The notes under the pieces are model-generated. The model was given only the letters and a program-made list of their open reading frames with translations, searched no databases and was not told the origin of the DNA. From Paraphysomonas bandaiensis (Eukaryota > Protista > Chrysophyceae), in assembly GCA_965644295.1 (NCBI GenBank), contig CBFFRP010000068.1:1-64000 (forward strand): a stretch of 64,000 nt of DNA. Direction: 5' to 3'. Positions 13,194 through 23,671 of the stretch are shown one piece after another. How positions within the stretch are numbered: the first letter of the stretch is position 1; each line of letters starts with the position of its first letter. A program made the position numbers and the translations under genes.

Positions 13194-14863
13194 ATGATAT
13201 ATACTCATTGCTACTCTCCATATGAATATATTACGAATGAACTATCTTGTAAAGCTTATACTGTACGTCTATCCAGTAACTCTATACGACACGCTCCATC
13301 TCATAGAAACAATACACTTATAGAGATCTATAATTTAGAATCTAAATTTGTAATAAAAATATTACAATTTATTATGAAAGATAATAACTGTGTTGATATA
13401 ATCCGTAAAACAGGTGTTGTTAATGCAGATAGTAGTGATTCATTACCACAAGTGGATGTCTTGAACTTAGTACAACGCCGATTTGCGATATTACAAGAGA
13501 GTATTATGCCGTTGACCCGTCTTTATATGCGAGGTGGATTGGATGCTTTAGATAACAAGCACCGCATAGTATCTATGCATGAAGTTGTTAGCAATATGGC
13601 TTTGGCTTATAAGCATGCTGTGCATACCACTGATGCTTATGTATGGCACACTCTTGGGGGAGATTACTTCATGCCATCAGGGAGTACATTTATATGGGAT
13701 GATATACGAAGTGGATTGAAGCTCTGTAATGGCATTTCGAGCATGCGAAACAGATACCGCACGATTGTGGTTGATCCCCCTTGGCCGAACAGGTCTGCCA
13801 AAAGGGGAAGAGAATACCAAACATCACTCACCAAACACGACCTCATTTCATTGGGCTTACACCTTCAGCCGCTTTGTGCAACTAGTGGGTGCTTGGTTGC
13901 AATTTGGGTTACGAATAGTAAAAGTATAATTGAGTTCACGATTGAAGAGCTGTTGCCTGCGTGGGGACTGGAATATGTATCCTGCTGGTGGTGGTTGAAA
14001 CTCTCTCCCTCAGGAGAACCGATATTCCCTCTCAATAGTTCTCATAGAAGACCATATGAAAGAATTATAATTGGTTATAGAGGACCTCAAACGCTTTCTA
14101 AAGTACAAATAAGAACTTCATTGGAAAGCTTCGGTGTGCCACCTGATCGCGCAGTATGTGGGTGTTACATGAACAGTATCGATATCAATAGTATGATGTC
14201 TTGGTCAATTGAGGGCGAAAATACATGTGTGTGTTGCTCCAGATGGCGTGCAGAGGAAAATGTAATTCTATCTGCTGCAGACGCTGGGCGTGTTCCTTCC
14301 GAGGAATGTAATGATAACCCTAGCATCTCTTCTGATAGCGACTTGGTTGGAACCGTGGAAGATATCTTGTGTCCTGTCCACGTCATTGCCTCAGTCCCTG
14401 TGCGACACTCATGGAAGCCTCCCTTACACGGTGCTTTACGAAATGTTTTGGATGGGTTTCGGAAATGTCAGGAGACAGCTAACACAGTTCAAGATTCTTC
14501 TGTTGGTACCAACATGGAGCTATTCGCTAGGTATGTTAGAATTACCAAAATCTAGTATGTGAGCGTGTTAGTGCGGTAATACGTATATGCCATGGTGGTG
14601 GTGAATCTTCATGTATGTTGAGTTGTTGTATTTCTCATTGATTTCCATTTTGCTAGAGAACTGAGACCGATGTGTACAAGTATTGGAAACGAAGTCTTTT
14701 TGGGTCAAGCGGTAAGTGTTACATACACGCTCTTTCACAGTACCACTACCATACTTATAATACATTTATGTCACAGATTAATTCGCTGATTCCAAATGAC
14801 GACGTGTCACAGTCAACAGAAGTTGGCTTCTTAGACATTAGTGCTCAGAGTGAACAAATTTAA
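13194..14863 (+). CDS. METTL4: MT-A70 family N6-adenine methyltransferase, METTL4/DAMT-1-like (exons 13194-14530, 14657-14711, 14778-14863)
   Basis: IVVDPPWPNRSAKR, AIWVTN, WWWLKLSPSGEPIFPL..HRRPYE, HSWKPPL, ELFAR|ELRP..SIGNEV. Confidence 0.88.
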
Positions 14864-15225
14864 TGTATCTATGTGATAAATTGTGTGGTATACTACATGT
14901 ATAAATAATAGACTTCTTTTAAACTTATAGTCTCGGAAATAGAAGTAAGCGCTAAAATTATACTTTAATGTGCTTGAAATATGACTTCCAAAGTGATCTT
15001 TGCCGGCTTATATTGCAGCCAGTGTATAAATTAGCACTACACTAGTGTGAGGTGTGAGTTAGGCATTCCATTGGAACATCAAACCCATGTAGTGTATCAC
15101 AGTTATTGCAATACTGCCTCTATGTATCAGAGCTACGAACTATATATACATTTTAATAATATTGAGCAATATGGTGATCTTGTGGTATGAAATATACATT
15201 GAGGATAGGAAACCTATTACAATAC

Positions 15226-15483
15226 TATTAGGAGTCATTGAATCACGTATATCTCTTAACGCGTGAATACAACACACATATACAATGAAATACCAAATAG
15301 ACTGAATAATTACCAAACTATACATGATACGCGACTGTACAAGATACGCACATGTGTGTGGTGCTAACGCTCTGCTCAAACGTGTCTTGCTATTATACTA
15401 TTAGGCCTTATCGTTCAATCTTTATCTCTAATAATATCAAGTATATTCTTACTAAATATTAAGACTAACTTTAAATCTTATTT
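15226..15483 (+). repeat. 5' LTR
   Basis: Direct repeat of 20598-20855. Confidence 0.97.
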
Positions 15484-15501
15484 TGGTAGCGGATGGTAGT
15501 T
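15484..15501 (+). promoter_or_regulatory. Primer binding site, probably tRNA-iMet
   Basis: TGGTAGCGGATGGTAGTT directly after the LTR; TGG-T-AGC is the complement of CCA, discriminator A and the A1:U72 acceptor end typical of initiator tRNAs. Confidence 0.7.
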
Positions 15502-15560
15502 CTAAGACTAACAGTTACGATAACTCCGACTCCGACTCATCGGACAAGAGGAAGGATTCC

Positions 15561-18500
15561 ATGCCACCCTTCGACGCCAAGAACTTCTCAAAATGGCAGA
15601 AGAAAAGTAGAGCCTGGTTCTTTCGTAAGCCTAAGATAGTATACATCCTAAGAAACGATGCGCCAGAGGAGCCTATACGTCAAGAGGAAGAAACAGAAGA
15701 GGACTACCTATACAGGAAAAACGCCTACGACGAAAATATGCAGTATTTCGAGGAGGGCAACAATTACCTATGGTCACTTCTATCCAGCGCGGTGATTGGC
15801 CAAAACGAGGAAGCAGAGGGTATTATCGAAACAGTCCCTGAAGGAGATGGAAAAAGGGCATGGTCAGAGATCGAAAAGCATTTCAAAGACAAGACCTCAA
15901 ATGATACGATAACCGACCTCATTGGCCAACTGCAATCAATCAAAATCAAGCAAGCTCAAACAATCAATCAATTCCTGGACGAAGTCGAAAAATTGCGATT
16001 AAAGCTCGCTACACATGGCCACAAAGTCTCTGAACAAGACCTTATTTCAAGAATACGACAAGGGATGGTCTCAAATGAGAACCAGACCTATAAGGACCTG
16101 GCAATCAACCTCCAAATGAACCCAATTGATGATTATAAAACGCTGATAAGAAGATTGAGAGCATTCGAGCATTCCACTGTAGGCTCCCTACTATCACAAA
16201 ATACGGAAACCAAACGGGACAGCGCAAACTACAGCTCAACAGGCAAACAGCCGTTTAACCCCCGTCTACCGAAGAAGCAGAAGCACAACAACGGGCAGCG
16301 AAAACAGAAGAAATTCAACAAGCCCAGCAAAGTCACAAGAGCCTCGCGCGAAGTTAAGTGCTTCAGATGCAATGGATCCAACCACATTGCAGCAGAGTGC
16401 AAGCACTCGTGGGAACACATACAACAGATGCAGAAGTCCACAAACAAACGAAACGACGACAAAAGAGGGAAAGGGCATCACTCCAAGAACACATCATCAA
16501 AATACCCAAGAAACAGTCATCGGGATTCGAACTTAAGACTGGAAGACTATGACGATGAGGGGCCAAACGATGACAATGACTACAGTGCATTCTCCGGGAT
16601 GATCACAGACAACCACGTCCTACATACGGAACACGAGAAGCAGGAATTTGGCATTCTAGACTCTGGCTGCACAATATCAATTACAGCAGCACGAAGCTTA
16701 CTCTCCGAATTCACTTACGATCAAACCACAATTTACACCGCCAAATCAGGATCAGAAATGCAGGCATTGGGATACGGCAAGCTTGGACTGATTAGCAAGT
16801 GCAGGCTAGTTCCAGACGCGTCAAAGACTTTAATTTCCATCAGCCAGTTGACAACAGACGCCAACTGCAATATTATATTCGGACCAAACGAGGCACGCGT
16901 ATACCACGATGGAATTTTGTTAACCACAGCCAGGAAACAAAACGGTCTATACGAGATCAAATTATCCGATTTAGGTTACATCCAAGACCAGTGCAACTTG
17001 GCATCTACATCAAGCGGTTCCTCGATCTCCCTGGCACATCGAAGGTTGACCCACGCATCCATTGGCTTAATTCAAAAAGCATTAAAGTTGAATCTTGTGA
17101 AAGGAATCACTATTTCAAAATCCGACCTGAGCTCGCCACAGCTACCAGAAGGTCTTTGTGATGGCTGCGCACAAGGCAAGGCTCACAGGAGGAAACATAG
17201 GCGCGAGACAAGGCAAATGATACCGACAAAAACCAGAAGATCGCAGGAGCTTGGAGGACTTATAGCAGTTGATTTTACTGGACCATTTTCACCTCCAGCA
17301 ATAGTCACAGGAAACACCGTAGTCTTTGGAGCTACCGATGCAGCTTCAAGATACAGTTGGACATTCTATGGAAAACACAGAACCGAGGATTTTGTCATTG
17401 AGTGCATTCAGAAAATTGTGGATTATCTGCATTCGAAAGGCAAACGGCTAATACACTATCATGCTGATGGTGGCCGTGAGCTAGTATCACATCGTGTACT
17501 GAACTTGCTGAGAAAATTAGGATCAACCTGGACCTTCAACGCTCCATACACGCCAGAAGACAACCCCATACAAGAACGACCATGGCGCACGACCAAGGAA
17601 AGAACGCTTGCATCCATTTGCAACTCGGGCCTACCACCCAACTTCTGGGAACAGGCTATGTCCACCGTCACGCATATGAAAAATCGCCTGCCATGCGCCA
17701 CTGCAAAGGGATTCATATCACCGTATCAGTTCATCCACGACGAGGCCCCCGATTTATCTTACGCCAGGATTTGGGGCTGCAAATGCCATACATTCATAGA
17801 CAAGTCTCAGAGAAGAAACGATTGGTCTCCACATAGCCATATTGGGTACTTCATGGGATACCGAGAAGATGGACCAGGGTACGTCATATATGTACCTTCA
17901 CTCAAGGACTTCGTAATCTCAAGTCACGTCTTTTTCAATGAGTGCATCCCCGACGTCAAGGAAAACTACTACGCTGAAATCGAATCATCACTGAGAGAAG
18001 AAAATTCAGAGAATCGAACAACCGAGAGCTTCCAATACCTCGTTGGAATGACCCACACAGATCCACAGGATGGCCTCCAATACATCACGACAAGAATCAC
18101 AGTCATCAAAGGCCACGTGGCTGCTTACAGAGGATTGGCCCCACGAGAAAATGAAGGGCGAGTCATCGAGTTAAATGACCCAATACACGCTGCGGACATC
18201 GAAAGATACACCGCCGAGCACTTCAGTTATCAGAACGCGGTATCACCCCCGCAAGAGGAACCAGGATGCCCCGTGGAAGGAACAGCTCCAGGGAGGAGCA
18301 GTTCAACCGACAGCCGTCATGACGCCACACGGGGCGGGAGTCACAGCCATTTGAGAGGACCCTACTCAAATGAAAAGGAGGCAAGGCCTCGCCGCACAGC
18401 AGAAGCTCAGCGGAATACAGTGCCGAAGGAGGCACGGGGTGACAACAAGCGTAATCACCCTGCTCGTAAGGTCAAACGAGCTATCAAGACTGTGAATTCC

Positions 18501-20432
18501 CAGGGTGACAGGAGCCGGCAAAGCCCGGATGGCACAATTACGGGTGTAAGGACACCCCACCGACACAAGGTGAGCCGTTGCGTAAAGAAAAGTCTCCACA
18601 GCAAGAGGCAGACCAGGAAAAGGGTAATCATGAATGTACACAAATTCGGTGATAATATATACCACTGTGATGTTGATAAAAGATATTTGTACAACCACAA
18701 AACACCTGATAAACATGATAGTTACAGAACATTATACATGAATGATGTTGACATCATTATGCATGCAAATGACACATGTAGCAATGATGTACCTAACACA
18801 CCTAACAATGTTGGCGAGGCACTATCAGGCAGGTGCAAGGAACAATGGCTGAAAGCCATCAACAAAGAAATCAAGTCTCTAGAGAGCAAAGGCTGTTGGA
18901 GGATAACGACACCACCAGCAAATTCCAACATTATAAGGGGAAAATTCGTGTTTAGGGTAAAGGTCAAGCGAGATGAGGTTACCTTCAAGGCGAGGTTAGT
19001 GGCTCAAGGTTTCTCCCAGGTCGAGGGTAAAGACTACAACGAAACCTACAGCCCAGTCGCAAAGGCCACATCAATGAGAACAGTCATAGCACTAGCAACT
19101 ATACTTGGGTTGGAGCTTCACCAGGTAGATTTCTCTACTGCTTACATCAATGCAGACCTCCAAGAGGAAATTTACATGTATCCACCCGCTGGTCTCAATG
19201 TTCCAAACGGTAAAGTCCTCAGACTTCTAAAGAGTATATACGGACTCAAACAGTCCGGGTTAAATTGGTATAAATGTTGTACTAATTATCTGTTAGACTG
19301 TGGTTTTACCAGATTAGTGTCCGACCCGTGCATATTCACGAAATCAATCAATGGTCGACCCATAATTCTGGCAGTTTACGTCGATGACATCATTATCGCC
19401 GGTAAAAGTAGGACTGACATCATCCAAATCAAGAATTCGTTAGCTGAAAAATTCGACATTCATGATCTCGGCCTCCTAGATTACTACCTCGGCATATTCG
19501 TCAAACAGGATATACAGAATCGAACTACGACACTAAATCAATCTCAATACATACGGAACCTACTCCACAGATTCAACATGGAAGATTGCAAGCCACGTAG
19601 TCACCCCATGACAACAAATTTTCATATAGACATTCTCGAAAAGAAACAACTATCTCAAGAAAATCAAGAATTTGTCCAAAATTTTCCTTACAAGGAGCTC
19701 ATAGGTTCACTTATGTATATTGCTGTGTGCACTAGACCTGATATTGCATATGCTGTAAACACCCTTGCTCGTTTCAGTACTAATCCAAATCTAACTACAT
19801 GCAAAGCCGCATTAAACATACTTAGGTACCTCAAAGGCACTATCGATCAAGGTCTACAGTACTCCGGGAAGTCTGTTACTTTAACTGGATTCGCTGACAG
19901 TGATTGGGCACGCTGTAACTTAACTCGCAGGTCGACCACAGCGTTTTGCTTCTTTATTGGAAATTGTCTCATTTCCTGGCAATCACGACTCCAGACCACT
20001 GTAGCTCTATCCTCTACAGAAGCGGAGTACATGGCACTATCAACAGCATGTCAAGAAGCTATTTGGCTACGGTCACTACTCTCGGAATTGGGCTTCCACA
20101 TGCCATACTCAACAACCATATGGTGTGACAACAAAGGTGCAATTCAACTATGCCTAAACCCCGTACACCACCGACGAACAAAACATATTGCCATCAGATA
20201 TCACTTCATAAGAGAACAAGTCGCATCGCACTCTATTATTGTTGATTACATGCCTACAAACGAGATGCTGGCCGACATTCTAACTAAACCCCTCACATCA
20301 AACACGTTTCACAGATTGCGGGATTCACTAATGGGGGGGGGAGGTATCAACATACCTGCTAGTAATAAAAGAACAAAAGTATCTATCCCACCGGCAGAGA
20401 ACTCAACCAAGAGACCACGATGGATGACTTAG
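15561..20432 (+). CDS. Copia Gag-Pol polyprotein (Gag, CCHC, PR, IN, RT, RNase H)
   Basis: CFRCNGSNHIAAEC; ILDSGCT; HRRLTH...CDGC; integrase D(FTG)-D(GG)-E(RPW); KARLVAQG; YGLKQS; YVDD; ADSDWA, EAEY, DNK, ADILTK; first in-frame ATG at 15561. Confidence 0.96.
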   Translation: MPPFDAKNFSKWQKKSRAWFFRKPKIVYILRNDAPEEPIRQEEETEEDYLYRKNAYDENMQYFEEGNNYLWSLLSSAVIGQNEEAEGIIETVPEGDGKRAWSEIEKHFKDKTSNDTITDLIGQLQSIKIKQAQTINQFLDEVEKLRLKLATHGHKVSEQDLISRIRQGMVSNENQTYKDLAINLQMNPIDDYKTLIRRLRAFEHSTVGSLLSQNTETKRDSANYSSTGKQPFNPRLPKKQKHNNGQRKQKKFNKPSKVTRASREVKCFRCNGSNHIAAECKHSWEHIQQMQKSTNKRNDDKRGKGHHSKNTSSKYPRNSHRDSNLRLEDYDDEGPNDDNDYSAFSGMITDNHVLHTEHEKQEFGILDSGCTISITAARSLLSEFTYDQTTIYTAKSGSEMQALGYGKLGLISKCRLVPDASKTLISISQLTTDANCNIIFGPNEARVYHDGILLTTARKQNGLYEIKLSDLGYIQDQCNLASTSSGSSISLAHRRLTHASIGLIQKALKLNLVKGITISKSDLSSPQLPEGLCDGCAQGKAHRRKHRRETRQMIPTKTRRSQELGGLIAVDFTGPFSPPAIVTGNTVVFGATDAASRYSWTFYGKHRTEDFVIECIQKIVDYLHSKGKRLIHYHADGGRELVSHRVLNLLRKLGSTWTFNAPYTPEDNPIQERPWRTTKERTLASICNSGLPPNFWEQAMSTVTHMKNRLPCATAKGFISPYQFIHDEAPDLSYARIWGCKCHTFIDKSQRRNDWSPHSHIGYFMGYREDGPGYVIYVPSLKDFVISSHVFFNECIPDVKENYYAEIESSLREENSENRTTESFQYLVGMTHTDPQDGLQYITTRITVIKGHVAAYRGLAPRENEGRVIELNDPIHAADIERYTAEHFSYQNAVSPPQEEPGCPVEGTAPGRSSSTDSRHDATRGGSHSHLRGPYSNEKEARPRRTAEAQRNTVPKEARGDNKRNHPARKVKRAIKTVNSQGDRSRQSPDGTITGVRTPHRHKVSRCVKKSLHSKRQTRKRVIMNVHKFGDNIYHCDVDKRYLYNHKTPDKHDSYRTLYMNDVDIIMHANDTCSNDVPNTPNNVGEALSGRCKEQWLKAINKEIKSLESKGCWRITTPPANSNIIRGKFVFRVKVKRDEVTFKARLVAQGFSQVEGKDYNETYSPVAKATSMRTVIALATILGLELHQVDFSTAYINADLQEEIYMYPPAGLNVPNGKVLRLLKSIYGLKQSGLNWYKCCTNYLLDCGFTRLVSDPCIFTKSINGRPIILAVYVDDIIIAGKSRTDIIQIKNSLAEKFDIHDLGLLDYYLGIFVKQDIQNRTTTLNQSQYIRNLLHRFNMEDCKPRSHPMTTNFHIDILEKKQLSQENQEFVQNFPYKELIGSLMYIAVCTRPDIAYAVNTLARFSTNPNLTTCKAALNILRYLKGTIDQGLQYSGKSVTLTGFADSDWARCNLTRRSTTAFCFFIGNCLISWQSRLQTTVALSSTEAEYMALSTACQEAIWLRSLLSELGFHMPYSTTIWCDNKGAIQLCLNPVHHRRTKHIAIRYHFIREQVASHSIIVDYMPTNEMLADILTKPLTSNTFHRLRDSLMGGGGINIPASNKRTKVSIPPAENSTKRPRWMT

Positions 20433-20597
20433 AGATCTACGGAGTTTCCCACGAGTACGCTGTATGTTGACATCAGTGTAATCCACAATCTGTGATTGCA
20501 CTCGTGGGTTTTACCCTCAGTAGAACTATCTCCAAATATATACACCTATATCCATATATCAATGTATACGCCATATGATTATTTCATTGAGGGGGAG

Positions 20598-20855
20598 TAT
20601 TAGGAGTCATTGAATCACGTATATCTCTTAACGCGTGAATACAACACACATATACAATGAAATACCAAATAGACTGAATAATTACCAAACTATACATGAT
20701 ACGCGACTGTACAAGATACGCACATGTGTGTGGTGCTAACGCTCTGCTCAAACGTGTCTTGCTATTATACTATTAGGCCTTATCGTTCAATCTTTATCTC
20801 TAATAATATCAAGTATATTCTTACTAAATATTAAGACTAACTTTAAATCTTATTT
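20598..20855 (+). repeat. 3' LTR
   Basis: Direct repeat of 15226-15483, preceded by PPT. Confidence 0.97.
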
Positions 20856-20860
20856 AATAC

Positions 20861-21344
20861 TATTGCTATATATATATAGCAATCAATAGTATAAGTGTGA
20901 AAGTCTTATTATTAGCAGTAGGCGTCAAGAACCAACACCATATAAGTAGTTAGATGAAGACTAGTCAAGCTAGATCGATCGCTACCTGTAACTAACAAGT
21001 GAAAATTCTCATATCCTACTATATGTAACGCTACAGAAGCTGCTTGTGCGTCGCCGCAAGCAACAAGGGGCGACCACTTCCGTTCTTGTACGTTAGTCCT
21101 CAAAATACAGAAGGATTAGTCAGGGGGCCGCCCCTTGGGGTAGGGCTCCTCAGGACTCTGTGGAGAAGGATTCTGTATCAGTGAGTCAACTGTTTTAACA
21201 TGAGATACATGGACGAGGGGGTCAGTTGGGGCCCCTGCGAGTCTTTGAATGGCTCCAGCTGCAAGTTGGGCCTGTGGCAGAGGAATATCTGATGGAGTTA
21301 GCATCGTGGCTTATCTGCTGAGGCGGGGGTGGTTGTAACCCACA
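20861..21344 (-). repeat. Repeat family A, copy 3: LTR-like host element interrupted by the copia (remainder probably 15181-15225)
   Basis: Reverse complement matches 5360-5495 and 5915-5955; reconstituted ends TGTGG (15181) ... CCACA (21344); no TSD found. Confidence 0.6.
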
Positions 21345-21460
21345 TCGATGACGTCATCATCATCAGAACATTTATTCAAAATTAATTAAAACATGCATGC
21401 ATTTGGCCACAAGTGTCACTTAGCTTGCAGACACAACACCATAATAAGTGTAATAAGATG

Positions 21461-22756
21461 GGGATCTATTATTGGACCTAGTCAAATTGGTGTAATTTCC
21501 TAGTCACACCAAAATTGGTGTAAAAACCTAGTCATTTAATAATTCATATTTTTAGTTTACAATGACTAGGTGTTTATGGTATTCACCTAGTCAAAAATAA
21601 AAATTTTCATTCAAACATGGGAGCATACTCTAGCCATCAATTAATAAATGTATATATTGTATACATGCAATATATAACATTATAACGTTGCATTCCAATG
21701 AGAATTGGACAGTTTCTCGTGACCATGTCCGGTGCAGTTCCATAGCTTCCCAAGGGCCATGACATCGGTGGGTTCACCGTTGATGAGGGACCTCGCTGCA
21801 TTGTGAGTCTAAATGGAAATCAACATGTTCTTCACATCATGTCCCCTGAGCACATAATTAAGATATGTAGAGAGCTATAAATGTATTTTACATACCTCAC
21901 AAGCGATATTGGGTTTGCGCTTGATCATTAAGGGATCTCCCGTACAACATACATAATATTATACTGTGGTGCCTGTCATACAATGATTAGCACTCACAAG
22001 ATTGTAAAATATATTGTGTCATACAATGATTAACAGTCACAAGATCGTAAAATATATTGTAATATATGTATGCAGAGTAGGATCTCACAAATGATGTACG
22101 GCTTGAGGTAGGATCAGTACGTAAGACGGATGAGAGACACTCCTCATGCTCATGATTCTGATGTTCTGCTGCAGCTCTACACTCTACAGTCCACTTCAAT
22201 GATGCTATTTTTGCAAACTTGTTCCCTGAAACCTCTTTTTTTTCTTTGTTGGATTAGAAACATGGGGATTTATGCATCCCTGAAAAAGCCAATGCACTCA
22301 TTGAAGCCATTCAGCAGAGAAGTGAAGGAAGGTGAGCGCCATCTCTCGCAGCATATAAAGATCTCAAGATGTCCTGCGGATCATAGAGTGAGTTATACCC
22401 ACAGCTTCATGGAACCTCCTCCCCATAACACTCACAGGGACCCATCGCTATATACATACATGCTACAGATAGGCTAGATAGACATACACGTACACCTGTG
22501 TTATGTAGATATGTATATATGAGCTTATTGTTATGTTTGAGTGTTTGTTTTGATGCTCTGTAAGCCACTAATATATTGTGTGGTGTGAGATGGTATCTTA
22601 GACAGTCACAGCGTGTAATCAATGGATATAAGAACGACTAGGTTGAATACCAAAGTTGACTAGGTTGAGTCATTTATTACTTTGACTAGGTTATTCCACC
22701 AAAAATAGCGTGACTAGGTAATTCAACCAATTTGACTAGGTTGAATAACATTTCCC
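21461..22756. mobile_element. Non-autonomous Mutator-like (MULE) element, 1296 bp
   Basis: 9-bp TSD AATAAGATG (21452-21460, 22757-22765); GGGA...TCCC ends; ~120-bp imperfect TIRs built from repeated CCTAGTCA motifs. Confidence 0.9.
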
Positions 22757-23671
22757 AATAAGATGAATACTTTTGCGCAACACTGAGATAATAAATTTAG
22801 CTGCACTAATTAGGCGTACACATGTACTTCTACTATACAACTGGTTCACCTGTACTTAAATATATCAACTTTTCGTGTAGTGCCCCCCGTAGCATGTTTT
22901 TGTATGGTTACGTGTTGCAGATGAATCCAGATTAAGCACATGCGTGATCATTGTAGCTTCACAGTTTCATATCATGCAACATATCCAGCTGTCAGACTAT
23001 TCTATAGCAAGTGGTCGACTACTATTACCGTTAGTTATAATAGATGTACATGCATGCATATCCGGCTGTGTCACATAACTATAGGTATTCTGTATATCGT
23101 CCATGTATTCACGCTATGCGGTTGTTGACCCCTGTAGATTTATCCACTTTGAATGGTCTGTATTATTCATATAAACAGTATCTTCTTGTAATAACTGTCT
23201 CAAGCCATTTTCCTCAATCCATTGTTTATCGTCAGCTCTCTGTTGTTGGTGGTGGTGGGATGCAAGACGCATTGCTTGTGGGTATGTATCAATTGATGTC
23301 TTCACACAGCCGCAAATCCTCTTTGCAATAATTGTGTGTATGGTCCAATAGGATTGCAGCGATAGATAAAGTATTCACATAATTGGTGAACATGTCTCAA
23401 GGTAAAATACTCTGTACTCTGTATATGTATGTATATATTTTGAATATTCTGTGAGAATTCTTAGTCTGGACTTTATTTTTTTAGCTATTTCACAATGCAT
23501 TTTTCCCCTATTTTTGAATAAAATGTCTAAAATATAGGTTTAAAAAATACTGAGATTACAAATCTTAGACAGTTTAGTGTAAAGTATTGTGTGGCTAGGA
23601 TTTGTTGCATCGAATGCCTTTGCATAAATCAATCACCATTCATATTCACAATTTCCCATTACATTGACAGA

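Larger units (their letters stand above)
15226..20855 (+). mobile_element. Full-length Ty1/copia LTR retrotransposon
   Basis: LTRs 15226-15483 and 20598-20855 (258 bp, identical by eye); TSD AATAC at 15221-15225 and 20856-20860; PBS from 15484; PPT TGAGGGGGAG 20588-20597; single intact ORF. Confidence 0.97.

Noticed and set aside
15483-15560. TTG start for the copia polyprotein
   Set aside because: Overlaps the LTR end and PBS; the first ATG at 15561 is more plausible
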